DNA from: a virus
DNA length: 64,000 nucleotides
IMG/VR virus record: IMGVR_UViG_3300017991_000052
Direction: 5' to 3' (one strand)
A program made the translations under genes and the position numbers. Positions 48,030 through 58,965 of this stretch are shown here, in pieces. Position 1 is the stretch's first letter. Each line of letters begins with the position of its first letter. The notes beneath the pieces are model-generated. The model was not told the origin of the DNA and did no database searches. It saw nothing but the letters and a program-made list of their open reading frames with translations.

Positions 48030-49019
48030 ATGAGTTATCAAAACAATGATAATTTTAAATATATACATATGACAACTTCAGCATCAAGTGGGGATTTTAC
48101 AATTACCGGTAATGAAGGAATAATTTTTTATGAAACAGATACTGAAGCATTAAAAGTATTTATTACTTCTGGTGGATGGAGCTCTGGTGGTAATTTAATA
48201 ACTGCACGTCCAGGATTAGCGGGTGCAGGATTGCAAGATGTTGGACTTTGTTTTGGAGGTCAAACTGCAGAAGCTCCATATTATAGAGATGAAACAGAAG
48301 AATATGATGGAAGTTCATGGGCAAGCGGTGGAGATTTAGTAACTGGTAGAGGTTCTCCAAGCGGAGCTGGTACTCAAAATGCTGGACTTTGTATTGGCGG
48401 ACAAAATGCTGGTTCTCTTAGTTCTTGTGAAGAGTACGATGGAGCATCATGGTCAAGCGGTGGAGATACTATAACTGCAAGAAATGGCGGCGCAGGTGCA
48501 GGAACTCAAACAGCTGGATTAGTTTTTGGTGGAACTGGTGCAGGACTTACTTCTGAAGAATATAATGGATCAACTTGGGCAACAGGTGGTTCTTTATCTT
48601 GGTCAAGAATGACTCCTGCGAGTGCAGGTATACAGACAGATGCTTTAGCAATTGCAGGATATGTTTCAATTGATGCTTCTGTATTATGTGAATCTTATGA
48701 TGGTGCTTCATGGAGTAGTGCAGGAAGTTTAAGTCAAAAAAGATATACTACAGCGGGATGTGGTGCAGATAGTAGTAATGCATTAGTATTTGGAGGTCTT
48801 TCTGGAAGTACAGTTCTTTCAAGTACAGAAATATACAATGGATCAAATTGGGCAAATACTGGTTCATTAAATAGTGCAAGAAGATATTTAGGCGGGGCAG
48901 GAACAACCTTAGCAGGATTAAGTATGGGTGGAAATGCAGTTGGAAGTACTTCTGGAAATACAAATGTTACAGAAGAATATAGTGGCAGTTCTACAGTAAC
49001 AGTTCCAACAGCAGAATAA
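48030..49019 (+). CDS. Kelch-like beta-propeller protein 2
   Basis: Six kelch-like repeats, paralog of 46881. Confidence 0.85.
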   Translation: MSYQNNDNFKYIHMTTSASSGDFTITGNEGIIFYETDTEALKVFITSGGWSSGGNLITARPGLAGAGLQDVGLCFGGQTAEAPYYRDETEEYDGSSWASGGDLVTGRGSPSGAGTQNAGLCIGGQNAGSLSSCEEYDGASWSSGGDTITARNGGAGAGTQTAGLVFGGTGAGLTSEEYNGSTWATGGSLSWSRMTPASAGIQTDALAIAGYVSIDASVLCESYDGASWSSAGSLSQKRYTTAGCGADSSNALVFGGLSGSTVLSSTEIYNGSNWANTGSLNSARRYLGGAGTTLAGLSMGGNAVGSTSGNTNVTEEYSGSSTVTVPTAE

Positions 49020-49037
49020 ATAAAGGAGTAAAGTAAA

Positions 49038-49820
49038 ATGAATAACAATACTATTTCTATACCTATGTATTCTGAAGAAAGTTTAGAGACAATTAAAGAA
49101 AGTCAATTTTTACCAAAAGAAGACTTTAAAGAATTAGAACAATTAAGAAGCGAATTGCAAGATACATTTGAAAAGAAACAAATGTGGAGAACAGAAACTG
49201 AAATGAGAATTTCTGTTCTTAATGATATTAAATTCCCAACAAATGCTTCTAAATACTGGCAATCAGTTAGAGAGCAATCTGTATTTTTTGAGAATTTAGT
49301 AACACTTTCGTTTGAATATAGAAGAAATAATATAAAAATAAAAAAATTAATGAAAGAAATTGAACAAGCAAAAAATGATTTTGAAAAAGAAGAAAAACAA
49401 ATTGATTTAGATGAGGCATTATTTTCAAAAAAGAATATGGAATTAGCTGCCAAAGATAGAATGAGAGAAATAAAACTTTGGAGTAAAATTAAAAAAGAAC
49501 TTGATAATAATACTTTTGATACTCACAATGTTAATAATCATCAACTTATAAGTTATGGTCAGAGATTTCTTAAAATGGGACTTAATTTAAAACATTCTCC
49601 CAATGCTAATACCGGAGAGGTTAATAATATATTGGGGCAAATGATAACAACATTAAAAGTCGCAAAGGATAATGGAGTTGAAGATGAGATTCTTAAAGCA
49701 TTAACTCCAAATGAACAACAAGAAATTATTAATTATATGAAAATAAGCACTGGAATAGATTTATCTAAAAATTTACCAGAAGGTAAACCACAGTTAAGAA
49801 TTTTGGAGGGTAAACAATGA
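49038..49820 (+). CDS. Coiled-coil protein of the kelch-associated module
   Basis: KKQMWRTETEMRISVLND..FPT.ASKYWQ.VREQ motif; coiled coil. Confidence 0.65.
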   Translation: MNNNTISIPMYSEESLETIKESQFLPKEDFKELEQLRSELQDTFEKKQMWRTETEMRISVLNDIKFPTNASKYWQSVREQSVFFENLVTLSFEYRRNNIKIKKLMKEIEQAKNDFEKEEKQIDLDEALFSKKNMELAAKDRMREIKLWSKIKKELDNNTFDTHNVNNHQLISYGQRFLKMGLNLKHSPNANTGEVNNILGQMITTLKVAKDNGVEDEILKALTPNEQQEIINYMKISTGIDLSKNLPEGKPQLRILEGKQ

Positions 49821-50089
49821 CACACAAATATTATGTTGCTGAATGTTATGGACAAGGGTTTATAACACATGATCATCAAGAAGAAGATAATCTTCAATTT
49901 GAAGGATTTCCTGGTAATGTATGGCTTGTTAGATCATCTACTGAAGAGAATTCAGGCAATATATTAACTTGGGCAGCTGGAGTAAGTGGTGAAGAAAAAA
50001 CTCTTTCAGAGGCTCAAAATATTGTAGACGCAACAAATCCTACTGATATAGAAGGTAATCCAATAACAATAACAGTTCCTGCGTCATAA
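49817..50089 (+). CDS. Small acidic protein of the kelch-associated module
   Basis: G.GFITH, GFPGNVW and EAQ.IVD motifs. Confidence 0.65.
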   Translation: MTHKYYVAECYGQGFITHDHQEEDNLQFEGFPGNVWLVRSSTEENSGNILTWAAGVSGEEKTLSEAQNIVDATNPTDIEGNPITITVPAS

Positions 50090-50108
50090 AAGATAAGGAG
50101 GATAAGTT

Positions 50109-50426
50109 ATGTGGGTAAAGATAGTAGAATTTTTGCTTAATCAAGGTCTTGCGGGGATTGCAATACTGGCATTAGGTGGTGCTGCTTGGATTTTTTATAA
50201 AGATAATCAAAAAAAAGAAGTATCACATCATGGAGAAAAAAAAGAAATAACAGAAAAGTTTATTCAATTATCTAATGAAGCGGTAAAATATATACAAGAA
50301 AATACTTCAAGTCTTAAAGAATTACGAGAAGATATAAAAGAAGATCGACATGCGCGCGAAAGAGTTAATGAGAGAATGTTACAAGCATTGCAAGATGCAA
50401 TAAGGGATTATAGAAGAGGAGAATAA
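50109..50426 (+). CDS. Holin-like single-TM coiled-coil protein
   Basis: N-terminal TM, QG..G motif, charged coiled coil. Confidence 0.55.
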   Translation: MWVKIVEFLLNQGLAGIAILALGGAAWIFYKDNQKKEVSHHGEKKEITEKFIQLSNEAVKYIQENTSSLKELREDIKEDRHARERVNERMLQALQDAIRDYRRGE

Positions 50427-50428
50427 TA

Positions 50429-50767
50429 ATGAATATGGTTTTTATAGTATTTGCAATAATGATGTTTATTAGTTTTCTTATTGCATCAAGATTAACATAC
50501 ACTTTTTTTAAATTAGCTGAAATAATGAAAAGCAAAAAGAATTTAGCTAAATTTTTAGGGTATTTTTCATCAGCCGGTGCGATTGTTGCATTATCAGTTT
50601 TAGCAACAAATATTATGAGTATTTTTGCTAGTACTGTTGATAGATATGTAACTTATCTTGTATATAGCTCAATTGGCACGCTTATTAATATATCTGTATT
50701 TGTATGTTCTTTAATTCTATTTTATATAGTAGAAATTAAAAACGGCAATGGTAAATCTATTAAATAA
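50429..50767 (+). CDS. Three-TM membrane protein
   Basis: Three hydrophobic helices. Confidence 0.6.
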   Translation: MNMVFIVFAIMMFISFLIASRLTYTFFKLAEIMKSKKNLAKFLGYFSSAGAIVALSVLATNIMSIFASTVDRYVTYLVYSSIGTLINISVFVCSLILFYIVEIKNGNGKSIK

Positions 50768-50778
50768 AGGCAACTTAA

Positions 50779-51207
50779 ATGGGTGTAACAGGAACAGGAC
50801 AACCTTATGTAAATCCGGGTGATATAATACAACGTCGCTGGCAAACACCAGCTGATGCAGATAGAGTTACGCTTGTTGATGAAAATGGCAATCTTATAAA
50901 TGAAAGTCACCCATTACCAACATCAGCGACAATAGAATTAAGTGGAGTTAATATTGAAGCTGTCGCTATTAAAGATGGTACAACAGATTCTCAAAGAGCA
51001 GCAGTTGATAGCGATGGAAGTTTACACGTAAAAATTCAAGAAGTAGAACCTTTATCCGCTACAACTGTCAATCCTTCATATATATATACTTGGACAGGAA
51101 ATAATCTCACAAAAATTAGAAAAACAATTGGATCTAATAGTTGGGAAAAAACCTTGTCATATACTAATAATAATTTGACAAGCGTTAGCGGATGGGTTTC
51201 AGTATGA
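50779..51207 (+). CDS. Structural hypothetical protein
   Basis: Y.W.GNNLT beta-hairpin repeats. Confidence 0.6.
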   Translation: MGVTGTGQPYVNPGDIIQRRWQTPADADRVTLVDENGNLINESHPLPTSATIELSGVNIEAVAIKDGTTDSQRAAVDSDGSLHVKIQEVEPLSATTVNPSYIYTWTGNNLTKIRKTIGSNSWEKTLSYTNNNLTSVSGWVSV

Positions 51208-51806
51208 CATGGCATAAACACGAAGTATTAGATTTAGAACATGGAGAAATTAGAGGATTAGCACTTCCCGTCGAAACTGATGGTACTTCTGGTGAGTATT
51301 TAAGTAAAGTAAGTGATGATACAGCAGAAGGAACAATAACTTTTAATAAAGATATTATTCTTACACCAACAACTACTCCAAGTGGTTCTGAAGATGGAAG
51401 AATAACTTATTCACAAGGTGATTTATTTGTTTATGATAGTACAAGAACTAAATGGATAAGTTTATCGAGAAGAAATTTTGTTTTTAGTAGAGATGGGCAA
51501 AATCAATCATCTCAGTTTTTAAAAATTGGTGGAGTAGTTACTTCTGTAACTGGGTTAAAGATGCCAAGAAATGGTACTATTTTAAGAATAATAGCTAATT
51601 CAAGAAATAATTCAAATGTAACTTATGAAGTAAGAAAAAATGGAACACCATTAGCATCTCTAGTAATTTCAGGGACACAAGGTGGATTTAATAATTATAT
51701 AAATGTAGATTTTAATGCGAATGATGATTTAAAGATATATATGAATGTAACTTCAGGCAGAGTTGATTATCCTGTAGTATGGATAGAAATAGCGTGGAGA
51801 ATTTAA
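51204..51806 (+). CDS. Fibre tip-domain protein
   Basis: C-terminal domain paralogous to that of 51821; start moved to ATGA overlap. Confidence 0.65.
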   Translation: MTWHKHEVLDLEHGEIRGLALPVETDGTSGEYLSKVSDDTAEGTITFNKDIILTPTTTPSGSEDGRITYSQGDLFVYDSTRTKWISLSRRNFVFSRDGQNQSSQFLKIGGVVTSVTGLKMPRNGTILRIIANSRNNSNVTYEVRKNGTPLASLVISGTQGGFNNYINVDFNANDDLKIYMNVTSGRVDYPVVWIEIAWRI

Positions 51807-51820
51807 AAAGGAGGTAAATC

Positions 51821-53569
51821 ATGGCAGGTGATATGACAATTATTGTAAAGAATAATTCTGGTTCAACACAGTGGATTTATGATTTAGGTATTTCAATAGC
51901 AAATACTGCACAAAGAACAATAAGTGATGAATTCACACAATCAGAAATATCAAAGTCGAATGATCTAAAGTCATTAGTTTTAGCAGGAACACTTGTCCTT
52001 AATAATGGTACAAGTGATATCCCAATCCCAGAAGCAGCTGAAATATTCAATACTATAAATGAATATGAGCAAGCAAATACTTTTGCGACATCTGGTGATT
52101 TAGAAAGTACATTAAGATTTGGTAATAGTGCAGGCAGTTTTGATATTGACATGAATAGTAATAACATTACTAACCTTGCTGATGCAGCAAATAGTTCGGA
52201 TGCTGCAGCTTGGGGTCAAGTGTATACTTTAGTTGAAACAGCAACAGGTGCTATATCAACACCGAATTTAGAAACTGTTTTAGCTCAAGGTAATTCAGCT
52301 GGATCTTACGATATTGATATGAATAGTAACAATATTGTAAATGTTGCTGATGCTGATAGTAATGATGATGCAGCAAATTGGGGTCAAATAAAAGCATTAA
52401 CTGAAACAACAAGTGGATCAATAGATCTACAAATAGTAACTGATAATGGGAATACTACAACAAATGCAATAACAATTGGTGGTAGTTCTACATTTCAAAA
52501 TGATTTAACTGTACAAGGAGATCTATATGTTCAGGGAACTGAATATATTACTAATACGGAAATTATTAGTGGAGATCAAATTATAGCAGGAAAATTAGAG
52601 ATTAATGGCGATTCTTATTTGGGAAATGAATCAACTGATACTACTTTTGTTAGTGGTGATATTTACATTGGCGGAGATGCTATTGTAAGTGGTGGTGGAA
52701 GTTTTGGTTCAGATCTTGATATGAATAGCAATCAAATTAATGAAGTAGCAGACGCTACTTTAAATTCTGATGCTCCTAACTGGGGCCAAGTTCAAACATT
52801 AGTTGCTTCAAGTTCTGGTGCGGAAACATTAGAACAAATACTTGCTAAAGGAAATTCAGCTGGTTCATATGATATTGATATGAACAATAATCAGATTAAT
52901 AATCTGGCTGATGCCACTTTAGATAGTGATGCAATTAATTACGGGCAAGTTAAGACTTATGTAGAAACAGTAACTGGAGGTATTGATTTACAAGCAGTAA
53001 CTGATAACGGAGATACTACAACAAATGGTATTAATGTTCAAGGTGCTTCGACTTTTACTGGTGGAACAACCTTTAATACTTCAAGTCAAACTTATGCTCC
53101 AGTAATAATCACACCACAAACTGCAGTTCCTTCAACAGCGGAAACTTCTGGTTCGTTAATGGTCTATGAAAATAAGACTTATATGTATGATCCAGTAAGG
53201 GCAAAGTGGTTGAGTATGGAAAAATTGCCTTTTGCGTTCGGTATTGGGCGTGCTGCTCAAGGAAATATTTACCTTGATATGGCAGGTGGAGTTGTATCTT
53301 CTCAAACAGGATATAGAATGCCTTATGCAGGAACAATTTTGGGTATAGCATTTGATAGTAGAAGTAATACTGATTCAGATATTGAGATCAGAAAGAATAA
53401 TGTAGCTTCAGCTATAGCGACTTTATCCACAACAAATAATTCAGATGATGATTTTAATTTGAATATTGATTTTAGTGCGGGTGACAGATTGCAATGTTAC
53501 CTAACATTAAATGGTGTTCAAAGAGTTAATTATCCTGAAGTTTGGGTATATGTAGCGTTTCGTGCCTGA
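51821..53569 (+). CDS. Modular fibre protein
   Basis: GGAGGT SD; three GNSAGS.DIDMN repeats, GTEY module, LQ.VTDNG.TTT repeats. Confidence 0.75.
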   Translation: MAGDMTIIVKNNSGSTQWIYDLGISIANTAQRTISDEFTQSEISKSNDLKSLVLAGTLVLNNGTSDIPIPEAAEIFNTINEYEQANTFATSGDLESTLRFGNSAGSFDIDMNSNNITNLADAANSSDAAAWGQVYTLVETATGAISTPNLETVLAQGNSAGSYDIDMNSNNIVNVADADSNDDAANWGQIKALTETTSGSIDLQIVTDNGNTTTNAITIGGSSTFQNDLTVQGDLYVQGTEYITNTEIISGDQIIAGKLEINGDSYLGNESTDTTFVSGDIYIGGDAIVSGGGSFGSDLDMNSNQINEVADATLNSDAPNWGQVQTLVASSSGAETLEQILAKGNSAGSYDIDMNNNQINNLADATLDSDAINYGQVKTYVETVTGGIDLQAVTDNGDTTTNGINVQGASTFTGGTTFNTSSQTYAPVIITPQTAVPSTAETSGSLMVYENKTYMYDPVRAKWLSMEKLPFAFGIGRAAQGNIYLDMAGGVVSSQTGYRMPYAGTILGIAFDSRSNTDSDIEIRKNNVASAIATLSTTNNSDDDFNLNIDFSAGDRLQCYLTLNGVQRVNYPEVWVYVAFRA

Positions 53570-53582
53570 TGTATTTTAAGTA

Positions 53583-54429
53583 ATGTATAAGTGTGTATGT
53601 AATAAAAAGTTCAAAAATACAGGTGCTCTGGCATCACATAAACGTTTTTGTAAAAAATGGATTAAATATAAAAATGAGTTTTATAAAAATCCACCGCTTT
53701 GCAAATGCGGATGTGGAGCACCTGTTAAAAAAATAGGGAATAAGTTTATTGCTGGACATCATAAGAACACTAAAGAATTTTGGGAGAAAGTAAAAAAGGG
53801 GATAAAAAATAGAGATAATTTATATTTAAAAGCATCAAAAAGAAAAAACAAAACATATGAAGAACTATATGGCAATGAAAAAGCGAATGAATGGAAGAAC
53901 AATTTATCTCGAATTGCTTGGAATAAAAATTTAACTAAAGATTCTGATGAAAGAGTTAATAAATATGCAATAAAAATGTTGGGTAGGATAGGAAACAAAG
54001 GATTTTTGGGGAAAACGCATTCTAAGAAAACCAAAGAATTTCTTAGTAATTTAATGGCACAAAAACAAATAAGTCATCCTAGATGTAAATGGTATAAATA
54101 TAAAAGAAAAAATGGAGAAATTATAAAAGTCCAAGGAACTTGGGAATTAAGGTTTGCAAAGTGTTTAGATGATATTTTTAATAATAATTGGGAATCACAA
54201 TTTAATTTTGCCCCCATTAAATACCACAATAATGGAATTAAACGAAGTTATAGACCAGATTTTAGAATAAAAAATGAAGAAATTTATTTTGATGTAAAGG
54301 GATATTTTGATAACAAATGTCAAGAAAAAAATAAGATTAGTAAGAGAACAAAACAATGATAAAAAAATTGTTATTATTGATGAAAATCTATTAAAAAAAT
54401 ATGAAGAGGGAATAACTAATGGCTTCTGA
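53583..54429 (+). mobile_element. Free-standing endonuclease (Zn/NUMOD plus TnsA-like PD-(D/E)xK), probably frameshifted at A7 54325-54331
   Basis: CKCGCG, KTYEELYG, QGTWE..FA..LD and YRPDF..YFDVKG; alternative frame IRLVREQ..IVIIDE continues to 54429. Confidence 0.75.
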
Positions 54430-54925
54430 TATTAGAATAACAGCCATAAATAACACGGGCTCGCCGATTGATGTATATGACTTAGGAATTTCTATTCCCG
54501 CATCGAGTCAGCGAGCCCTTTATTTAGAATTCAGCGATGAAGATATCGCTAGTAGTTTAGATTTAAAGTCCTATGTTGAATCAGGGGATGTAATAATTCA
54601 CGATGGAACTAAGAATCTTTCAGTATCAGAAGCCTTAGAAGTCTTTAATCAAGTTATTGGATATGAAGTAGATAAAACAATTGGAGAATCAGATCGATAT
54701 ATAGAATATATAAGAACAGGAAATTTGGTAACAAGCATTGTTGAATGGACAGATTCTGGTAAAACTAAAAAAATAAGAGAAGAAATATATACAAGGATAA
54801 ATGGTTTAATTAGCCAAGTTCAAATAAAAGATTATGATGAAGATGGGAATCTTACAACAACAAAAACTACAACTATAAATAGAATTGATTCATTAGTATC
54901 AACTGAAACCGTGGAGGTTAGTTAA
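54419..54925 (+). CDS. Structural protein sharing its N-domain with 51821
   Basis: NN.G....YDLGISI....QR...EF...I..S.DLKS.V motif. Confidence 0.7.
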   Translation: MASDIRITAINNTGSPIDVYDLGISIPASSQRALYLEFSDEDIASSLDLKSYVESGDVIIHDGTKNLSVSEALEVFNQVIGYEVDKTIGESDRYIEYIRTGNLVTSIVEWTDSGKTKKIREEIYTRINGLISQVQIKDYDEDGNLTTTKTTTINRIDSLVSTETVEVS

Positions 54926-55476
54926 TGTATCTAACAGGAGAATTTTTATTATTAGGAAAAACAGGTACTTTAGCTGAAGTTACTACTGGTGGTCTTATAA
55001 AAGTCGAATCATATCAATCTTCTTCTGCAACTCCTACAAGAACAATTATTCAAGATTATTATAATTTACAAAATTTTGCTTCAATTGACGAAACTGGACG
55101 ATTACATGTCTCAACAGCTGCTCCAGCACCTCCCGATACAACATCAATATCGAATACTCAAAAATCAAATATGACAGGGACAGTTGATTCTTTTACGATA
55201 ATTCCTTCAGGACATTATATTCAATTAACTTTATTTCAAGCTGGTTCCGAATATGATTCAGTAGCAGGAAGTAATGCGGAAATATATTATGCACCTAATG
55301 GCACAACAACAGGAATAGAGTTAATAGCCGCAATATATGTTAATGGTTCCTCTAATCAATTTGACATTACTTATATAACTCCAGAGGGTGATGGAACAAA
55401 GTCTATTCTTTTGAGAAGAAGAAGACTTGGTGGTGGTGCTAAAGAAATATTTGCAAAGTGGGGAGGATATTATTAA
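54925..55476 (+). CDS. Hypothetical structural protein
   Basis: Coupled ORF; beta-rich. Confidence 0.6.
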   Translation: MYLTGEFLLLGKTGTLAEVTTGGLIKVESYQSSSATPTRTIIQDYYNLQNFASIDETGRLHVSTAAPAPPDTTSISNTQKSNMTGTVDSFTIIPSGHYIQLTLFQAGSEYDSVAGSNAEIYYAPNGTTTGIELIAAIYVNGSSNQFDITYITPEGDGTKSILLRRRRLGGGAKEIFAKWGGYY

Positions 55477-56057
55477 TGCAATTAAAATTATTCTGGACTA
55501 ATTTTAAAAATACTATTAACAACAAAAAATTAGCTGAATTTGTTCAGTACCTAGAAATAGAGTCAGAAGTAACAGGTACAGAATATACAATATTCTGTTC
55601 AGAACAAATAGTTACATATTATTGTGTAATAAATGATTCAGATAATCCCTCTGATGTTTCAGATTTTGAAAATAATTATAAATCATATTGTAATAAAAGA
55701 AATTTTGGAGAAGATTCAATTTTAGCAACTCTTAAAGGTGATGACTTATATCAAACAGCAAAAAAAACAAATATAGGAACTAGTGGGTATACAAATATTA
55801 TTAATGTTACAGTTTCTAGCGGAAAAAGATGGTTAGTGTCTCATTTAAGTATAAGTCCAAATACAAATGGTGAATGGTATTTAGATATTAATGGAAACGC
55901 AAAAGAGGGTGGATATATAGCAGCTTTTAATTTTATAAAAAGTGATTTTTGTGTTCCTCTTTTAGCAACAGAAGGACAAACTGTGAGATTAAGATATAAA
56001 CCACAATCTGCAAATGCTATTTGTTATGGATGTATTAGCGGGATGAAAGTAGACTAA
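55476..56057 (+). CDS. Hypothetical structural protein
   Basis: TAATG coupling favours start at 55476; DFENNYK motif shared with next gene (DFEENIK). Confidence 0.6.
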   Translation: MQLKLFWTNFKNTINNKKLAEFVQYLEIESEVTGTEYTIFCSEQIVTYYCVINDSDNPSDVSDFENNYKSYCNKRNFGEDSILATLKGDDLYQTAKKTNIGTSGYTNIINVTVSSGKRWLVSHLSISPNTNGEWYLDINGNAKEGGYIAAFNFIKSDFCVPLLATEGQTVRLRYKPQSANAICYGCISGMKVD

Positions 56058-56066
56058 GGAGAAAAT

Positions 56067-56690
56067 ATGGATAAACTTGCTATTCCTTATAACACTATAA
56101 AAGAAATACTTACTAATTATAATGTTCCTATATATTATTCATATAATGATGATAATACATATGATTTATTTTCTGCAAGTAAAGACTTTATTTATACTTG
56201 TAATATTACTAGTTCTGCTAATATTCTTGATTTTGAAGAAAACATAAAAACAAATTCTGTTGAAGTAACAGGCGGAGAAAATGTTGCTATAACATTAGCA
56301 ACTATTCCATATAGATGGGCATATTCGGGATATAAAGTAGTTCAAAAATCTTTATATATAGATGGTAAAACATTAACTATAACTCCGGGTTCTTCTGGGG
56401 GATATATTGAATGGCAATATGCTTCTTTAGTTGAACTCCAAGGATTAGATGCTCAAGTATGTGGAGATGGAGCACAATTTGGAGATTATCTTAATTTAAC
56501 AATTGAACATCCTATTGTAGGGGAAGTAAATAGATTTGGGAATAATGTTTTTATGTTTGAAAATAATATATATGGTGCTATTGCAGATGTTGTAGCAGAT
56601 TTAGCTGCTGGATTAAAAATACGATTATCATATTATGCATGTGATACAAATGGAAGAAATATATTAGCAAGAGTGAGGTGTTTTAGATGA
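56067..56690 (+). CDS. Hypothetical structural protein
   Basis: AAGGAG SD. Confidence 0.6.
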   Translation: MDKLAIPYNTIKEILTNYNVPIYYSYNDDNTYDLFSASKDFIYTCNITSSANILDFEENIKTNSVEVTGGENVAITLATIPYRWAYSGYKVVQKSLYIDGKTLTITPGSSGGYIEWQYASLVELQGLDAQVCGDGAQFGDYLNLTIEHPIVGEVNRFGNNVFMFENNIYGAIADVVADLAAGLKIRLSYYACDTNGRNILARVRCFR

Positions 56691-56884
56691 CGCTTCAAGA
56701 TATTATTGATAAATTAAATGATCTCAATTTTAATAATACTATACATAAAAATATTTTAGTAGGAACAAATATTTTTACTACATTAAAAAAAGAACTTGGG
56801 ACAAGTGTAGCTAATAGAATCTATGGTATTCCATTTGAACTAGATAATACATTAGAAAAAGATCAAATTACTTTAGAATCTTAA
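56687..56884 (+). CDS. Small hypothetical protein
   Basis: ATGA overlap. Confidence 0.55.
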   Translation: MTLQDIIDKLNDLNFNNTIHKNILVGTNIFTTLKKELGTSVANRIYGIPFELDNTLEKDQITLES

Positions 56885-56911
56885 ATTCAAATACATAATG
56901 GAGAATAATAA

Positions 56912-58954
56912 ATGGGCATAGGAAGAGCAACCTTCCCAAGAAGGCATTTTTCATATACTATTAGTTATCCAACTATTACTGCTGATAGTTATATAGAAAT
57001 AACATTTGATAAAGATCCCGGCGATGCGATGGGGCAGGGAACTGTTCAATATATAGAAAAATTACCAGGTGTAGGATTTACTATTCATTTATCTTCTACA
57101 GTATCTGATAATATTCCTTTTACATATCAAGTAATAAATCCTGGAGATGTTGGATATTCAAATACTGGAGCAGTTAGTGGAGATTTATTTATATATGGTG
57201 ATCTTTATGTTTTTGGGACTGAACATGTAACTGAAACAGAAATTTTAACCGGAGATCAACGTATTACAGGATCTCTTTCAGTATCTGGTGATACTCATAT
57301 ATGTGGTGAAATGTTTGGATGTGAAGATGTATCAGAACCAATGATTTATTATGATACTGAATCAACTGGATTAGGAGATTATACAGTTCATAGTGCATTA
57401 GATGATCTAAGTTATTTAATGCCATCAAGACCAAATAATATTGGACAAAATATTGCAGGAATTCCTAACTCTGGAATACCATCTTGGTCATTAGCTGGAT
57501 TTGTATCTGGAAGATTTACTGATAATAGCACTTCTATTTCAACTTCATATATAACTCAACAAGGAAATTTTAATGTTACTGGTATTATGGCAAATGCTGA
57601 TAGAGGTATTCTTGTTTGTGTAGTAAATAGTGTTGAAGTTGCAGAATTAAATTTAGAATCAATTTATGATTCATCAAAAAGAGAAACGGGCCAAGATAAT
57701 TATACTCCTTCAAATATTGGAAAAGATGTTATAACATTAACATATCGATTACCATATTGGGATGATTATAGCGGATGGGGAAGTCCATATACTAATTATG
57801 ATGAAAAATTCCCAGCATATCAAATAGCAACTTATAGTATTCCATTGAATTTAGTAAATGGACTTAATGATAATATTCAAATAATACATTATAAAGATAT
57901 ATCAAAAACAACAATTTATTCTATAGATAATAGTTATACGCATCTTAATACAATATTCAGGGATATTGGTCCGACACCCCCAGCGACATGGACTCCAACA
58001 ATCTCATTAAATACATTAAGTTCAAATAAATATTTATCTGGAGTGAGATTCTATTCTACAGGTGATACATTTAACATGTCAGTTAATGGTGTTAATGTAT
58101 TTGCTAATTCATATAAAAATAGTCCATTAGATTTAGATTTTACTCAATTTGATGCTGGAACTTCATCTATAACATATAATAATTTAGGAGCTGGATCTGC
58201 CCCGCTTCCCACGGATGGAGCAGTACATAATGAAGTGTTTGTTATTGGAAGTACTGGGACATTACAATCAGATGCAAGAATAAAAACTAGATTTGGGGAT
58301 CCATTTAATGAAGATAGTTATAAATCTAGTGATCCTGGAATTTATTTAGTAAATACATATACAAATTCATCAACAGAATTAATTGAATATTTTAGAGATG
58401 AAACATATAGAAAATCTGGAAGTTCATCTTTTGATACCATTCCTTCATGGACTACTGGAGATTGGGATAGTACACAAAATTTAACAACTTATGATAGTGG
58501 TAATGGATTACAATTCTATGGATCATTGATATATCCAACTATTAATTACTCATCTGGATATTTACCAACACAATCAATAAATTATTCTGGATTATCTGGG
58601 AATAGAGTCTTTATACGCTTATTAAGAGATAATGGGACTCCTCATACAAATGGAATTATACAACTTAATGGAATTTCTTTTGCTCAAATAGAAGAAGGAG
58701 GAGGAAGTCAAGTAGCTCGTGTAGAGATAAAACTTCCATCACAAACTGGGTGGTTAAATCTTGGAAAAATTTTTAATATAGCAACTTTCACTGGTTCGGA
58801 TGGAGATGGATGTTTAACTGAATATACGGGAAGTAATTTTAGTTGGACATCAGCAACATTTAGCACAGCTCTTTCTGGATATATGATTGCGATAAGAATT
58901 ACATTTTTTAATAGTAGTATATCGTGTAGTTCATTGCAATTGATAATAACTTAG
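56912..58954 (+). CDS. Large beta-rich virion protein with GTE[HY] shaft module
   Basis: 680 aa, S/T/G-rich. Confidence 0.65.
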   Translation: MGIGRATFPRRHFSYTISYPTITADSYIEITFDKDPGDAMGQGTVQYIEKLPGVGFTIHLSSTVSDNIPFTYQVINPGDVGYSNTGAVSGDLFIYGDLYVFGTEHVTETEILTGDQRITGSLSVSGDTHICGEMFGCEDVSEPMIYYDTESTGLGDYTVHSALDDLSYLMPSRPNNIGQNIAGIPNSGIPSWSLAGFVSGRFTDNSTSISTSYITQQGNFNVTGIMANADRGILVCVVNSVEVAELNLESIYDSSKRETGQDNYTPSNIGKDVITLTYRLPYWDDYSGWGSPYTNYDEKFPAYQIATYSIPLNLVNGLNDNIQIIHYKDISKTTIYSIDNSYTHLNTIFRDIGPTPPATWTPTISLNTLSSNKYLSGVRFYSTGDTFNMSVNGVNVFANSYKNSPLDLDFTQFDAGTSSITYNNLGAGSAPLPTDGAVHNEVFVIGSTGTLQSDARIKTRFGDPFNEDSYKSSDPGIYLVNTYTNSSTELIEYFRDETYRKSGSSSFDTIPSWTTGDWDSTQNLTTYDSGNGLQFYGSLIYPTINYSSGYLPTQSINYSGLSGNRVFIRLLRDNGTPHTNGIIQLNGISFAQIEEGGGSQVARVEIKLPSQTGWLNLGKIFNIATFTGSDGDGCLTEYTGSNFSWTSATFSTALSGYMIAIRITFFNSSISCSSLQLIIT

Positions 58955-58965
58955 GAGATTAACCA

